Shown in pieces: positions 13,963-27,281 of a stretch of DNA of 64,000 nt (within the stretch, counting starts at the first letter, position 1; each line of letters begins with the position of its first letter). The translations under genes and the position numbers were made by a program. The notes below the pieces were generated by a model. That model had not been told where the DNA came from, searched no databases, and saw only the letters and a list, made by a program, of their open reading frames with translations. The DNA comes from Psilocybe cubensis (Eukaryota). The stretch lies in the NCBI GenBank assembly GCA_017499595.2, contig CM039006.1:1116001-1180000 (forward strand), written 5' to 3'.

Positions 13963-14876
13963 GGGAGCGTTCAACCAGAAAGCTGCAAGCAGGCCAGGGG
14001 CAGCGTAGGGAGGGTGGAAGAATCAATGCAGGACAGCTTGAAAGCTTGGTAATAATCGGCACCTTATATACACCTATAGCAAATGAAATCTTGAGCCCCT
14101 CTTGGCGAAAGTTTATACCAATCAGCGCCCTAGGTACGATCAACCTGGTTTAATCTCGAACGGCCCGTGAACATTCAAAGTCATCAGGGAGCCAAAGCTA
14201 TAAGCAGATCACATAGGCGGAAGGAAAGGAGGGCACCTAGCATCAACAATAATGCTGCGGGGATATGTGATCAGAACGTCGTGTCATGCCATAGCATTTG
14301 CGATATCTTCGACCACTTATTTGGACAGATGATCAACGTCCTCGATGTTGCTCCACATAACTTTATAGGATGCTAACAGTTACGCGGGATGCCTTCGACA
14401 AAGATGGATGAATAACGTTCACCCAGTCTTTCTATCCGTACCAAGTCTTTGAGCATTGAATTACGGTCATTCGTATTAGTGCAAGATGAGGGAAAGATCA
14501 GACCTCGTCTAGCATGGGAAGATCAGAAATGGACCGCTGTCTCGGAGTGCCACGGGCATGCTTGTACTGTTTATGAGCATTGGCCGAAAGGTAGCATGCA
14601 TTGAACAGCTTACCCATGTGTGCATGTGGCATGAGAAAAGAAGCATCTTTGTGGCAGCCAGACCTTTCGGATGTTGATTGTTTGTAGAAGCCCTTGAGAT
14701 GTTTGTCTGGGATAATCTCGTCAAGGAAACTTCGGCATAGTTTGCGTTGAGGCGGAGAGACTCAAATATCTCGTCTATGATTGTATCGAGTCTGAGAATC
14801 GGTCATTGAATTTGATTCAATGCCGTTGCATGTTCTCTTGAAACCCGAACGAGATTAGCATGATTGTCAAATTTAA

Positions 14877-14904
14877 AGACCAATATTCAGACCAATATTC
14901 AGAC
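14877..14904. repeat. 12-bp tandem duplication (AGACCAATATTC x2.3)
   Basis: agaccaatattc agaccaatattc agac read directly. Confidence 0.9.
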
Positions 14905-15120
14905 AAGGTCCGGTCCCTACCCTAGCTCTGAAGTCGGTAGTTGGCCTGTTGGATAGGGATTAGAGCAGCTTGACAAGCAAGGCTCATTGAATCATAGCCT
15001 TACAATGGTGGCCAGGGTGCGCCGCAAAGGTACCGTGATATTCAAGAGTCCTTTCGCAGTAAAATCACAGACATCACACGGTCCCCGGGGCAAGTTCCAG
15101 GAGTCCCAGGCCTAGGTTAT

Positions 15121-15376
15121 CCCTCGGTAGTCTTGAATGCCGAGAAAAAGCCGTGCCATCGAGACTTGCAGGAGCAGCGCGCGTCTTTGGTTGTCAACAA
15201 CGCGGGGGGAAAAGGAAGGATGGGTCCAGAGCTCTTGACAAACGAATACACGTTGTTGACCGCGAATGGCAGAGTGAACATGATCTTTCTGGCATCAAAG
15301 ATGTATGTCACAACATGAGGAGCCAGGCGGGAATCGATGAGAGTGATACAACACATGTAAGCAGCACTCGGGGTCA
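15121..15376 (+). pseudogene. Possible decayed short-chain dehydrogenase fragment
   Basis: Frame reads 'SLVVNNAGGKGRMGPELLTNEYTLLTANGRVNMIFLASKMYVTT*GARRESMRVIQHM*AALG': an NNAG-like SDR motif with in-frame stops. No TGxxxGxG or YxxxK seen. Confidence 0.25.
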
Positions 15377-16380
15377 TCTAGACGAGACTCGTCGATCCAG
15401 GATAACAACGCATGTACAACTTTTGGGTGGAGGGTCAAGGTTGCAGTGGATGCCCCAGTCATGTGGTGTTTGTTGATTGGACAAGGTCAAGGCCGGGCGG
15501 CCCAAATCTCGGCATTCAGCTGGGTTTAAAATGTCCTGCCGTTGCCGCAGCTGCCTTATTACTTTCCCTTTGCGCGAAGATCGAGCTTTGAGGTCGCGCT
15601 TTCGACATGCATATAAATTGTGTCGCATTTTAAAATTTGAATACAATCGTGATTTTCTAAGTGCCTGCTACGAAGGCGGCTTCCTTCTCATTTGACCACG
15701 ACGACGAAAATATACCATCTATCACCTCTTTTTCAACATCCTTTGAACCCCAAATTAAGTTATTCAGTGTCCACCCTCAAGGCATGGTAATAACACGAAT
15801 CAATAAAACCGGAGTCAAAATTGATAAAATCATCTCATGGACATGACGATTCGTCATTCAAGAATATAAAGATTTTTAAGGTAACCGTACAGCTATACAT
15901 TTTGTCAAGTCAAAAAGGATTCCCCGCCTCTGAACTTGCGCGTACAATTCAAGTTTATCCAAATCTAGAATGCTGCGTACTTGGGTTGTTTGAGCCCTCC
16001 TGTTAAGATTATTACCGAAACAAGTGGCCCACAACGTAGCTTCTTCCCCTTGTGCTAAGTCAACTGACTCATTCACTCAAGTTCTCAATGATTCCTGGCA
16101 AGTGGGAAAATATGCTTGTTATGCATCAGTCCTTTTTTTGGAAATGTTCTCCGAGGTACAGAAAAACAAGCAGTCCAGCATAGGTAGATTTGAAATGGAA
16201 GTTTATGACTTGTAATAGAATAAGAGAAACAAGGATATAGCAGATTATTCCAGTATGTATATATGGGAACCGAGGAGCCTTGCAGAGGCTTAATAATCGA
16301 GAGGTCCATGTTTATCCCAACGACGCTTCGATGATTATATATATCGGCACTGGTATGATTATAGATTCGGCGCTGGTAGA

Positions 16381-18321
16381 TTACAGGGAGAATATTATGG
16401 AAGCACCGGAAACCAACAGTAACACTATGTATACAAAGTGTTCTGCTATTGTTACACTCCCTAAATCTAGTAGTTTGCCAACAAAAAACTATAATGAGAA
16501 CCATGTTTCATCATAGCACAAAGTAATAAATAACCTACTTGACGTTCCTCTGGAGGATAGCGGATTTGATGCGCCAGGTGCATCTGATGGTATCCCTGCT
16601 GGACTTGTCCCTCCTAATGTAGGTCCTGTTCCTGGACTGGTAAGCGTTCCCCCCGCGACACTCGACAATTCAGCAAATCCAACAGATGGAGGAAGTGCTC
16701 TGAATACAGTGTATACATTTTTCTACACAAGTATATGTTAATCGGTGACGTCAGGTAAAAAGGATTAAAGCCGAACCAAAAACGTGTCTCCAATAATCCA
16801 GCTTGGGGTGCCCGGTCTTGGCGTGATATTGGTGCCCTGCGTAAGATCGAAGATGGCACCTAAACACATCTGACTTCGAGGAGTTTCAGGACCGAAATTC
16901 ATGTCCTGCGTGCTGATAGGCCACAGCTTCCCACCGAAGGAAAGAGACACAGTAACGTCTGTCTTGCAAGCTATGTTCGAGGGAAATATTATTAAAATAC
17001 TATAGTCGGCCTTAATTTTCTAGCATTGGAAGGAACTTACGAAACACATAAAATCCTGGGTTATCATCGTTGGCTGGCTTAGCACCCGGCACTGCTGCCC
17101 AAATAGCGGCAACGTCGAGAGACGGACCACCAATGAGAGTGGTTCCAGTATCAATCGCTGAAAGCGAAGTATCTGAAGTGATCGATACCGATTTTCCGTT
17201 GACAGTAGCAGCTGTTTGATAAATATTGATATCAGAGCGCAGCCAGCGTATAATCCAAACATGAAATCATACACGTCAGAGTCTGAAGCCAGAATGTTGG
17301 CTGACTGACTGGAATACTAAGAAACTCCACGTCTCCACTGAAAAGGGTGGTATTTCTTCCGCCCAAGGTAAAGACACCGCCAGCGGTCTCTACTTGGCGC
17401 GCATCGTCGGACCTCTGAAGCCAAAACGAGAGTTCTGGGGAAGATAGCTGGTCAGGCCCAAGTGCTTGCCAAAACGGTGTAGAGCGTGTGCTGGCGATAG
17501 TAGCAAACGCAAGGCCCATTATACCAGATATAGAGCCATCGACGAGACCTGGAGTTAACGATGATACAGATACTAGTGAAATAAAATAAGCAAACATCGA
17601 TGAAAATTGGTCACAAAAAGTCACCCACGGAAAGTCTGCGACGGGATCGTAAAGCCACCCATCGTGACGGAATCCGATGACAGTGAGCCTAGTACCTCTC
17701 CAGAGCCGTATCGTATCGGTACTTTTGAGCCAATTGCACTTCCACTTGGAGTTACAAACGTAGATGACTTTGAAGCATCAAAAAGAGGAGTCCTAGAGTC
17801 ACAAGGTTCGCAATCTCCAGTTAATGAGCTGCACTCCTGACATGTAGTGTCGGCGACCCATAAATCGGAAGACCCTGTATCCAAAATAACATTGAATTTC
17901 TGGGGACTGGAAGGGTTTAAGAATGTGAAAGTGCCACAAGTGTGCATAGAGACTACTCACGGTGTGCCAATTGTTATAGCTCCGAAATAACTCGCGTCGT
18001 GGTCCTACAACGCGGTTATAATTGGAACACAGATGGTCAACAAGGTTGTCAACTTTGTATATCTCCAGTACATACCTGATTGGTCACTGGAATTCCAACG
18101 CTGGTCGCTCTTCTACCAGCAGTGACTCGAGCAGGTGGCTTACGGGACTCGTGTGGACTGAGATAGCCATACTTGTACTTCAATTTCAACGCCTCTTTGT
18201 TGACATTGAGTGGGCTACGCTGTGCTAGACGAGCGAGGGGAACATGGAATGGATCTGCCGAAGCGGAGATGGTAAGGAGCGTAAGGAAGATAGGGACTGA
18301 TATGAACTCCAATGGCGCCAT
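16381..18321 (-). CDS. Secreted, probably GPI- or membrane-anchored aspartic peptidase (A1 family)
   Basis: Signal peptide MAPLEFISVPIFLTLLTISASA. Catalytic motifs 'ILDTGSSDLWV' and 'IDTGTTLIGGP', plus 'YGSG', 'GIMGLAF' and 'WIIGDTFL'. S/T/P/G-rich linker and hydrophobic tail 'FVYIVLLLVSGASIIFSL*' ending at 16381. Confidence 0.93.
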
Positions 18322-19180
18322 ATCAAATAAGTTAAACCGTGGTGTTCAGAACGAGAAGGAATAAGAATTGTACAAGGGAGGGGAAATGCCACAATTCCAA
18401 AACCTCGCGGACGATGAAAAAGGTGAGGGTGAAAGTCCGGGCAAGATGGGTGCCTCCGAAACATCTGCAGCGGGTCTTTCTAGTTGACGGTATGCCCCAT
18501 ACAAACGCATATATCATCTCCATGTCTACATCTGTGAGTAAGAGTTATTTTTAGACAGAGCTTGGCTTTCGACTTGGCGAAGAGATATCCACCGTTATTG
18601 GCCATGGCCATGGGAGAACAGATACAAAGTGTACAAAAAGCAACGGCCGCATGGTGATGTGTTGAGAGTTTTTTTTTGAGTTCTTAAGTCCCCGACTGAA
18701 AATGGTTGCATACAACAGGCGCATACACCGGAAAGGTGTAGGATAATATGCTTGGCAAAACATCTTTCCTGTGGCAAATGTCTGCGTGACTCTCGGAGAG
18801 TCAAGGTCTTTGTGAACATCTGGTTGAAGGACTCGCATAATAATTTATTTATAGATTGAACGCAGGCATAAACGACTTTATTTCTCCGGATCCTATGCAA
18901 AACTTGCGTTTTGACTGCAATCAATTTCCGCACTATATACTACACTTAACGACAGCACTAGTACAAGAGCAATTCAACTTTGATTATGCTGGAAGTATCT
19001 GAGATAGGTCCGCATCCAACGTTCGGAACTGAACAGCAGACGTGCATCGCTCCATTATTGTAGCGGTTGACCACATCATTTTTTTCTGATGATCAGTGGG
19101 ATGACACTGGACAGCAAATGCTATAACCTGTACATAACTTGCCGTGCTGCAGCCGAAACCACCGAGCCTGCTTTCTCGTA

Positions 19181-19772
19181 AGATTGGGCTCATCAGAAAC
19201 CAGCACCCTTACGTAATCAATGGGCTTGGCGCCAAGAGCGGCCAAAATCCAGCTCGAAAAAAAAATCAAAAGTTATGTTGACGGAAAATGGTTTCAGACA
19301 AAAAGTTTAAAAAAAAAAAATTCATAAATGTGCATATACAATCCTTACTACTAGCCTTTATGCCCACAATAATAGAATTACACCTCAGAGGTCAAATTGT
19401 AGTCTCTGGAAGTCCATAATGAGTCTGAGAGGTATTACTTAGGCGTGACTTATTGTCACGTGTGGTCACGTGTACCATTATATAAGCGGCCAAAAGAACA
19501 TTGTCAAATTTTCGAAAATCTCCCAAACTCGAGAAAACACCATTTCTGACGTGTTAGACTAAAAAAAAAGGAAAAAAATTAAAATCTTTATAACTTCTTG
19601 AGATCAAAATTTTTTTGAAAAAAAAAACCACAGATGTGTTCAAAGAAGCATAACCTACATATCTGTGGTTCAAAAATGTAGAATAGTGTGAGTGCAGAAG
19701 GGTTGAAAAGGTTCGGAGGTAAGCCAACTTTTGCTTACCTAAGGGGGTGCTGGTTCCTGATGAGCCCAATCT
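19181..19772. mobile_element. Non-autonomous DNA transposon (MITE), 592 bp, with TIRs and TA flanks (Tc1/mariner-pogo-like)
   Basis: Left end AGATTGGGCTCATCAGAAACCAGCACCC (19181-19208) matches the reverse complement of the right end, AGATTGGGCTCATCAGGAACCAGCACCC (ending 19772), at 27/28. The match extends to about 36 bp with a 2-bp indel. TA at 19179-80 and 19773-74. AT-rich non-coding interior. Confidence 0.85.
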
Positions 19773-20606
19773 TAATTGTCGCATGTTTTGCCGTTTTCTG
19801 CCCCACAACTTCCTTAGTGTTATGCAAACATTGAAGAGAGCCCTTCAAATATATATTTGGAAAGCCAATTTCCCCAACAAGATTTTCAAATCACCTTTGC
19901 AACGAATGCTTCTCGAAACAAAAACCAACGCATAGAAGCAAATATTTCTCTGGCAACGTTTTTCGATTGGTGAGATTATTCTCATCTGGAATGCAAACCT
20001 ACGAAACACTTTTACAAGCCTCGTAAGTAGGTTGGAGACAAAAGGGTTACAGCGTTTGGCTTGATTTCTGAATGGCCTGAGTGGAAGGTTTGAAAGAACG
20101 GCGGGCCGACTTGTACCTCTGGGCTCCGCCACATGAACAGAACTTCCATATATGGTTATTTCGTGTCGCGTCCTTATGAGCGCGTCTGAAGGATGTTCAC
20201 CTCAGACACGACAACCGTATCTTCTTGATAATCAATACGCAATTAGTCAAGCCATTGTCCACCCTACATAGTTGAATGTTCCTAATAGTTCCTAAGTCCT
20301 AACAATCACAGCATTTAGTACAAGTAACATCGACAATGCACAGATGATTGAGTGGAGGGGGGGGAGACTCGGGAAGAGCGAAGTAACAATTATCGACAGG
20401 AGAGCGCAAACATAGGTGACCATGGATGAATGGGGAAATAGAACGCACGATAGGTAAAGTCCTTGCTACACGAACAACATCAAAGTCAGGGGTAGTATAA
20501 TCAATGAGAAGATAGATGTCCAAATAACCACATAAGAGCCAGAGGGACGGGACACATACGATGACTCGGTAACATCCCTGTTTTCTTGGTACGCATGAAC
20601 ACCCGT

Positions 20607-21367
20607 TTAGAACATCATTCCAACGGCACCAAGTGCGAGACCTCCAAAGATACCAGCGATGCCCCTGCTGCCGACTGCGGTAGCAGCCGAACTTGGCTTG
20701 GACGTGTCAGAGCCGCCGGTAGGAGATGCTGAAGAAGAAGCGTTGGCGGTAGGGGTAACCTGGGATGGGTATAGGGAGCCGAGGGGCTTGATCTCGAAGG
20801 GGTCTGAGGTGCCAACGACCTATTTTAGGAAAGAAGGTACCACGACAAAGTCAGTAACCGAACAAAAACAAAAGACACGAGGAAGTGGGCTCACATCGGT
20901 CAGGTTCAAGATGTTAGAGAACGTGATAACATAGCCTGTCCCAGCTGGCTGATTAGCTTGGTCCTGGGAGACGAGGATGGAGCATTGGGAGTTTTGCTGG
21001 ACACTAATGAAGGGCATGATATCTGGCAAAAGCTTGGGGTCTGGATTCGAGATCCTAGGGTGGGCATAACGGTGTTAGATTGGAAAAGGATGCAAGCAGC
21101 TTAGAAGAGACGCACGAGATAGTGAACGAGTCGACGGGCGAATTGTTGCAGTCCCAAGTGAGCACGTTTGTCGATTTGGCAACTGGGAGGGCATGGGTAA
21201 ACATGGTTGACACGCGGAACACGAGCAACAATCAACGAGTAGTACGCACCCCACCAAATATCTTTGCTAGGCGCTGTAATCTTGATTTGATTTTGAGCAT
21301 TGGCCACGCTGGCAGCTGAAGCCAGGACGAAAGCAGCACGGGGAAGGATGCTCTTCAAGTGGACCAT
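20607..21367 (-). CDS. Small secreted Ser/Thr-rich GPI-anchored protein (Kre9/Knh1 N-terminal-like domain)
   Basis: Signal peptide MVHLKSILPRAAFVLASAASVANA; 'ITAPSKDIWW|VAKSTNVLTWDC...SDPFEIKPLGSLYP'; S/T-rich linker; hydrophobic end 'GIAGIFGGLALGAVGMMF*'. Three introns. Confidence 0.8.
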
Positions 21368-21739
21368 GTTGTCTGTCGATCAGGGGTATGTTAACTTGGA
21401 AGAATGCTTTGTGAAGGAGTTGAAAGGTGGTATACGTTAAATGCGGAGGGCAACGAGGCTGGATGACAAAAGAATGTGGGTACGGCTGGAGGGAAGGGGA
21501 CAGTCCGTGGGCGAAGAAGGCAGGGGACAGAAGCACTCAGTGACGAGGACAAGGAAGACAGCTAGCACGAGAAAAAATCACACCATAGCCGGCAAACACC
21601 CCTAAAGCGGCATGTTTCGCTGATAGCCGGTTATTAATTTAAACAATTAGATAAGCCTGAGTGCCGTGCATTGAGCCACTGGCTCTCCTGGCTCTTGTCA
21701 CCATCTAATCCACTCAAACCCTGGAACCAAACTCGAACA

Positions 21740-23196
21740 ATGTCTCCAGCCAACAACATCTTTCAGCTACCACAAGAACTGGTGGAAAAAATACTGGATG
21801 ACGTCGCACTCGAATGTTTCAGGGATGGCGACGGCAAGCTCAACGATCTCAAAGCTTGTTCCTTGGTTTCCAAACGTTTCTGTACTCGCTCCCGTCACCA
21901 CATGTTCTCTTATATACTATTCACTTTGGACGAGCATGGGCAGAGGCGTGCCGCAAAACTTCTGGACATCCTTCGCCAAAACCCATCGCTTGCTCATGTT
22001 GTGACTCATCATCTCCATACATTCGGCCTGATCAGTAATGATGATTTTACCCAGCTAGAGCTGCGTAAATCTTGTATACCGGGCATTGATGAATCGTTTG
22101 AAAGGCTCCGGCAACAGGTAGCGTCATTTTTTAATCGGAAAAATAATGTTTACGACCTGCTTGGATTGATAAACCAAGCGCCGATTGTTCACTTCAGCCT
22201 AGGGGGGTGGTGTCTTTTTAACAATAAATCCACAATCAATAAATCCCAGGTCATCGATAGCGCTCTTCGCATCATCAAAAGCCCATCTATCAGATCTTTG
22301 CGATTCAGTGAACTCTTTATTCTGCCGCCAAAGCTTGTTTACCATGCCCTTGTTTCTTCCCAATTGAGAGAACTATCCTTCCGAAGAATACCGTCTATGC
22401 CTCGAGAAACTGAGGCCACCGACCCTATAGAAGGTCTTCAGATTGCGCCAAATCTACAAAGATTGGAGCTAAAACGGGTGTACTACTTTGAATTCCTGTC
22501 TCTTATACTCGCTTTGGCACAGGGCGGCGGGGCAAAAACTATAACAACATTCCCAATTTTCCGTCATCTTCACACTCTTGTTGTCACCATCAACAGCTCT
22601 CATGGCGAAATGGAATCCTTGTGGACTCTGTTGCTGGGGGTGGCTCCTTCTTTAGAGACTCTGGATATACAGCACACGGGACGTCTAGGTAAGCTTCAGT
22701 TTATTCCATTTTTTTCCGTTATATAACATTGAGGCTAGGAAACCCATGGCCGGACACCGTATGCTTAAGCCAGCTTACAGAATTAAAACATCTCATTTTT
22801 ACGACAAGCCTATCAATCATGATATCGACTCTATACGAGGGCTATATCACCGACCTCCTCCTATCGGCCTCCAGTCCGATCATCTTGGAATCGATAGAAA
22901 TTAATATTTATAAACAAGGCCATTCTCCGCAAGAGGTGTACAATTCCATTTATCTCAACAATGGATGGAAGAACATTGATCGTGCCCTGAACAATCCCAA
23001 CTTTGTCAATTTGACAGAGGTTGTCTGCAACCTGAGGCCGTTTTCGATGCGTTCGAGCCTCTCCACCCGCGTTGAAAATCTTACAGCTCAGCGGATAGAC
23101 GCTAGACCCCTTTTACCTGTCACATGCGAATCTTCATCACTAGTGTTAAGTTGTTATTTGATGCCAGTGTCAGGCCCACATGATATATACCACTAA
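21740..23196 (+). CDS. F-box domain protein with LRR-like region
   Basis: 'LPQELVEKILDDV...LKACSLVSKRFCTRSRHHMF' is the agaricomycete F-box signature. One intron (about 22689-22737) joins ORFs 21671-22726 and 22729-23196. 'GWKNIDRALNNPNFVNLTEV' is a typical C-terminus. Confidence 0.85.
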
Positions 23197-24431
23197 CGCC
23201 AACTACATAAGTACATAGGTACTACCAAGAAAGTATTGTTCAAATTGAACTCAAGAAGATTCCCTTTTTAACGTTCTTTTCGAGTCGAATTCATTCAACA
23301 TCGATATAATACGCTGGTCTTGTCTACGGCTTGCCGCTTCGATATTTCGATTTGTATGTTGGTAGTACTTAAGCGGGGTGTCTTGCACAGTACAGAGCAG
23401 CAAATGACTGGGGAGAACTATAAGGTGGTGGTACATCCGATGAGCTGACCATAGCCTTCTCTACGACCGTCTTTAGTCTAGTTGCAGTTTTGAATCGATC
23501 TTCACCGATTACGGATGCTTTATTAGATGGATTTAAAACAAGCGATTGAATTTCTTGGTCGTCGCGGCTGTCAAAATGTTCGGAAAAGTCTGACATTGCC
23601 GTACGTTCTAAGCTGGTACTTGAAAAAGTTGTCGGGGAGCGTGGGGCTGTATTGGATGAGTTATTGACATTGATAAAAAAACTGAATTGCTTGACGCATA
23701 AGGTGTCCTGGAGGTAATCAGGGAGTCTGATGATCTAATGGAAGTGGCGAAATCCGAAGGATTTTGTAGAGGTCGCTGCTCCTATTAAATACTCCTAGTA
23801 ATTACAATATTTGAAGCATATAAGTGGTTAAAGCTGAAGTTAGATTATGAATACTGTATTTCAACAAGCCAAGAGATTGAGGTACTCAGATAAATATCAA
23901 AGAAAAATTGATGTGTTGAAAATAAATAAGATTCACCGATGTGATATACGAAGGATTGAACGAAGTGGGAGGCGTAAGGAAGATGGCAGATGATTAACCG
24001 GTGAAGAAGCAAAAGGAAGAGGGGAGAGCAAGAGGAGAGCGATGATTGTTACCCTTGTTTGATTTCAGAAACATAGAGGATGATCGATGAGGGATGGAAA
24101 GAACCTCATTGCAAGCTAGCTGTTATTAGTCTACAGCTATTCGGATAATGACAAACACAGCCTGCCACTGTCAGCGGGAGGCTTTCGCATGCCGATTCGG
24201 CGATCGAATTCAAAACCGGCTTAAAGCGTTGTGCGGCTGTGCTTCATTAGTCAGCCAGCTGTGAAGAGCTCCTCAAGGCTCAGGTTCTGTCCTCACGGTT
24301 AAATTAGCTCTTAAAAAATACAATGATCATTCTCCTAGGATGTCAGGTCATGTCACCTTACTGTGTGAACATGATTCATTCTTTGTCCGCGATGTACTGG
24401 TGCGCGCATTACCGAGTTCCACAGAACAGTC

Positions 24432-25323
24432 ATGATCCTCCTCGATGACAAACAAGTAGAGGCCCTCGAGGCCCGGCGGATAGCAGAAGAACAGGAACAG
24501 GCGAATGTGTGTCTTTTCATGTCCTGGGTATTCTTATCTAAATGGCCAAATCCCCTGTAGCAAGAACCTCCTCCAACATATGCATCACTACAATCAAGTC
24601 CTTCAAGCTCTGCGCTGGTAGCCAAAACCGTCAACTATGTGGCTATCACCCGAACACACGCCTCCGTAAAAGAGATCCTGATCCTGGATCCATCTGTCTT
24701 TGTGCCTGTCTTTCTGAGGCCTCCACTCGCGCCAGGTGAAACAGAAGAAACTCGCAAAAATCTCAGACTGGAAGCTACTCATGGCCATGTCCACGCGGAT
24801 ATAACCCTTGTCGGAAATGACGACAATCCGAATGAATCCTCTTCGAAGAGGAACAAGCGCGTCCTCATGAGCATGAAATCAACGCATGGAGGGATTGTAG
24901 CTAAAGTTGTACGTCGATCTTGCCTCTATGCATGACGTGTAGCCGTGAATGCTGACTTCATAAAAGCATGGAGGGACAGATCGAAGTTCTTTTTCTCTTC
25001 ATGCACAGGCAGTAAATGGAGACATCCGTCTGCATCTCCCACGCACGTTCCATGGACCACTCATCGTCTCCCATAGACATGGCTTAGTTAGGTTCTCGGA
25101 TGCCGTGAACCGGAATCTCACAACGTTTGGCGAGGTGGATAGCACACGCCGGTGCTTCTTGGGAGACTTTTCGCGATGGAGCGATGCGGGGAATGGCTGG
25201 CCCGGCGATGAGCTTGTCGTCGAAGTCCGTCATGGGAATGTTAAAATTCATTACGACGACGATGCAGTAGGATCAACAGTAAAGTCGCGGCCAACTCTTC
25301 TAAACCGGATTTTTGGATTTTGA
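24432..25323 (+). CDS. DUF7330-like protein (paralogue 1)
   Basis: MILLDDKQ...|QEPPPTY...'NYVAITRTHASVKEILILDPSVFVPVFLRPPLAPGETEETRKNLRLEATHGHV'...'LHLPRTFHGPL'...'RCFLGDF'...'LNRIFGF*'. Homologous to the genes at 42787 and 44113. Confidence 0.8.
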
Positions 25324-26183
25324 GTGGTCAGTGAATTCTTTTTGGCCATATAAGCAATGCTGAGAATATAATTTCAGTTGGTAATGTCGATTCTTTGTTC
25401 GCGGTATCTAATTCGGTTATATGTAGGTGGATTGTATATTTTTGTATCTCGTCAGAATAGTATCGACTCACTATCAGCTATTGTACCCCAGGTAGAATAT
25501 ATTTTCTTCTTCCTGTAATGACCATCGGATTGTCGAATTTCGAGTGTCGTATCATGGCGAACTCGGGACAGCATGGTCCCATGCTCTGTCTGAGGATGTT
25601 TGTAAAGATTCCGAAATTTGTCGGAGGAATCTTAGCCTTGAACCTAATCTCCATCGATTGGGCTCCGTTGCCTGCGTACGATAAAATATAAACACCGCGC
25701 CGACACTTAGGAAGCAGGATGCAGCGAGGCCTTTCTTCCTCGCTGAAACTCTTTGTCCTGGCTCGACCTTCACTATCTCCGAGCAAAGCTTGGTTTCCAA
25801 AGGTGTCGTGTGATATGAACAAAAGGGAGAAAGCTTCCCAAAGTATTGGTTTGTTCAACTCATTGCCACTGAACACTCATATTTAGAACATATGTGCTTC
25901 TCGACACTGACTCGATTACTGCCTGAGCGCTCGTAAATGACACTTATCTCGTAGAATCATAACTGCTCCTGGAGCTTAAGGAAAAGCCATTGATACCACG
26001 TGAACCTCAACTGTTCGCCGATTCGTGAAACTCGGGGATGTTGATTATCAAATGCGATCTCGGGACCCATACGCAAGCCATACGAACGACTCCGTACCAG
26101 ATATAAGAAGCCCTCTTCTGTTTCGCTATCTTTGCTACATCTCTGAAACAAACACCTATCTGCAAAATTGTGCATCACCTAGC

Positions 26184-26929
26184 ATGGCAAACGTTTTTGT
26201 GAGTTTTCTGCTTGCTGATAAACCCTATATGCGATTTGTGTTCGGGTTACGGTGGACTGCCGCCCGTTATTATTATTAGCGCCCAGATGACTGACACTGA
26301 CTGTTGGTCCCTGTTCGCTTAGTTCGACATCACCATCGCGGGAAAACCTAAGGGACGCATTGTCTTCAGGCTATACGATGACGTCGTGCCTCTGACCGCC
26401 AGAAACTTTCGTGAACTCTCCACCGGAAGAAACGGCTATGGATACAAGGGCTCCAAGATGCACTTTATCGTAGAAAACTACATTCAAGCCGGAGATTTTA
26501 CAAAGGGTGATGGAACAGGTGGAAAGTCGATCTATGGCATCAATTTCGACGGTCAGTGGCCTTGTTCAAACATCCCGACGTTGTCACCGTACGCGAAGAA
26601 CTGATTTTATACATTATCTTGTTTTTTATAACCCATAGACGAAAACTTCATCGCGAAGCACTCAAAGAAAGGCTTATTGACCATGGCCAATGCAGGGAGG
26701 AACACCAACGGGTCTCAGTTCCTGATTACCACCGCGGCAACACCCTGGCTAGACGGGCATCATGTTGTATTCGGTATGACATCTACCTTGGCTGCGTGAT
26801 GACAAGCGATGACGTTTTTTAGGCGAAGTGGTAGAAGGTATGGATACTGTGGAGGAGATATCAATGCAAGCAAGTACATTTGGAGCTCCCAAAAAATTGG
26901 TGGTAATTGCAAATTGTGGAACCGTGTAG
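26184..26929 (+). CDS. Cyclophilin paralogue with a degenerate active site
   Basis: [37 protein letters not shown]...[27 protein letters not shown]...[17 protein letters not shown]...[15 protein letters not shown]...CGTV*. Three introns at the same positions as the neighbouring cyclophilin. Confidence 0.92.
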
Positions 26930-27281
26930 GTAGTATAGATACAGCGCAAGGTCCGCAAACCGCTGCATTCCTAGGATCCAGTGCCTGTATAGATTGAGTT
27001 TCGGAGATGTTGAGCATGCGAAGGATATTTATACGATGATAGATAAAGTGACATCAGGTATCGAGGAGCGCAGTCGTTAAATTTGCAACACGTCAGTCCC
27101 TTGGATAAAATATAGGTGGAGCTGAAGATAGGCGCGGTGGGTCAGAGAGTTCTATGCCACGAAAATTAACTTTAGCACCAATCGAGGAGACAGCTCAGGT
27201 ACCAAGTGCACGAGGCGAATGATGTTACAAGTGTTCAATAACGATATTCATATACTACGCTTTGAAGTTTACATATCGCAC

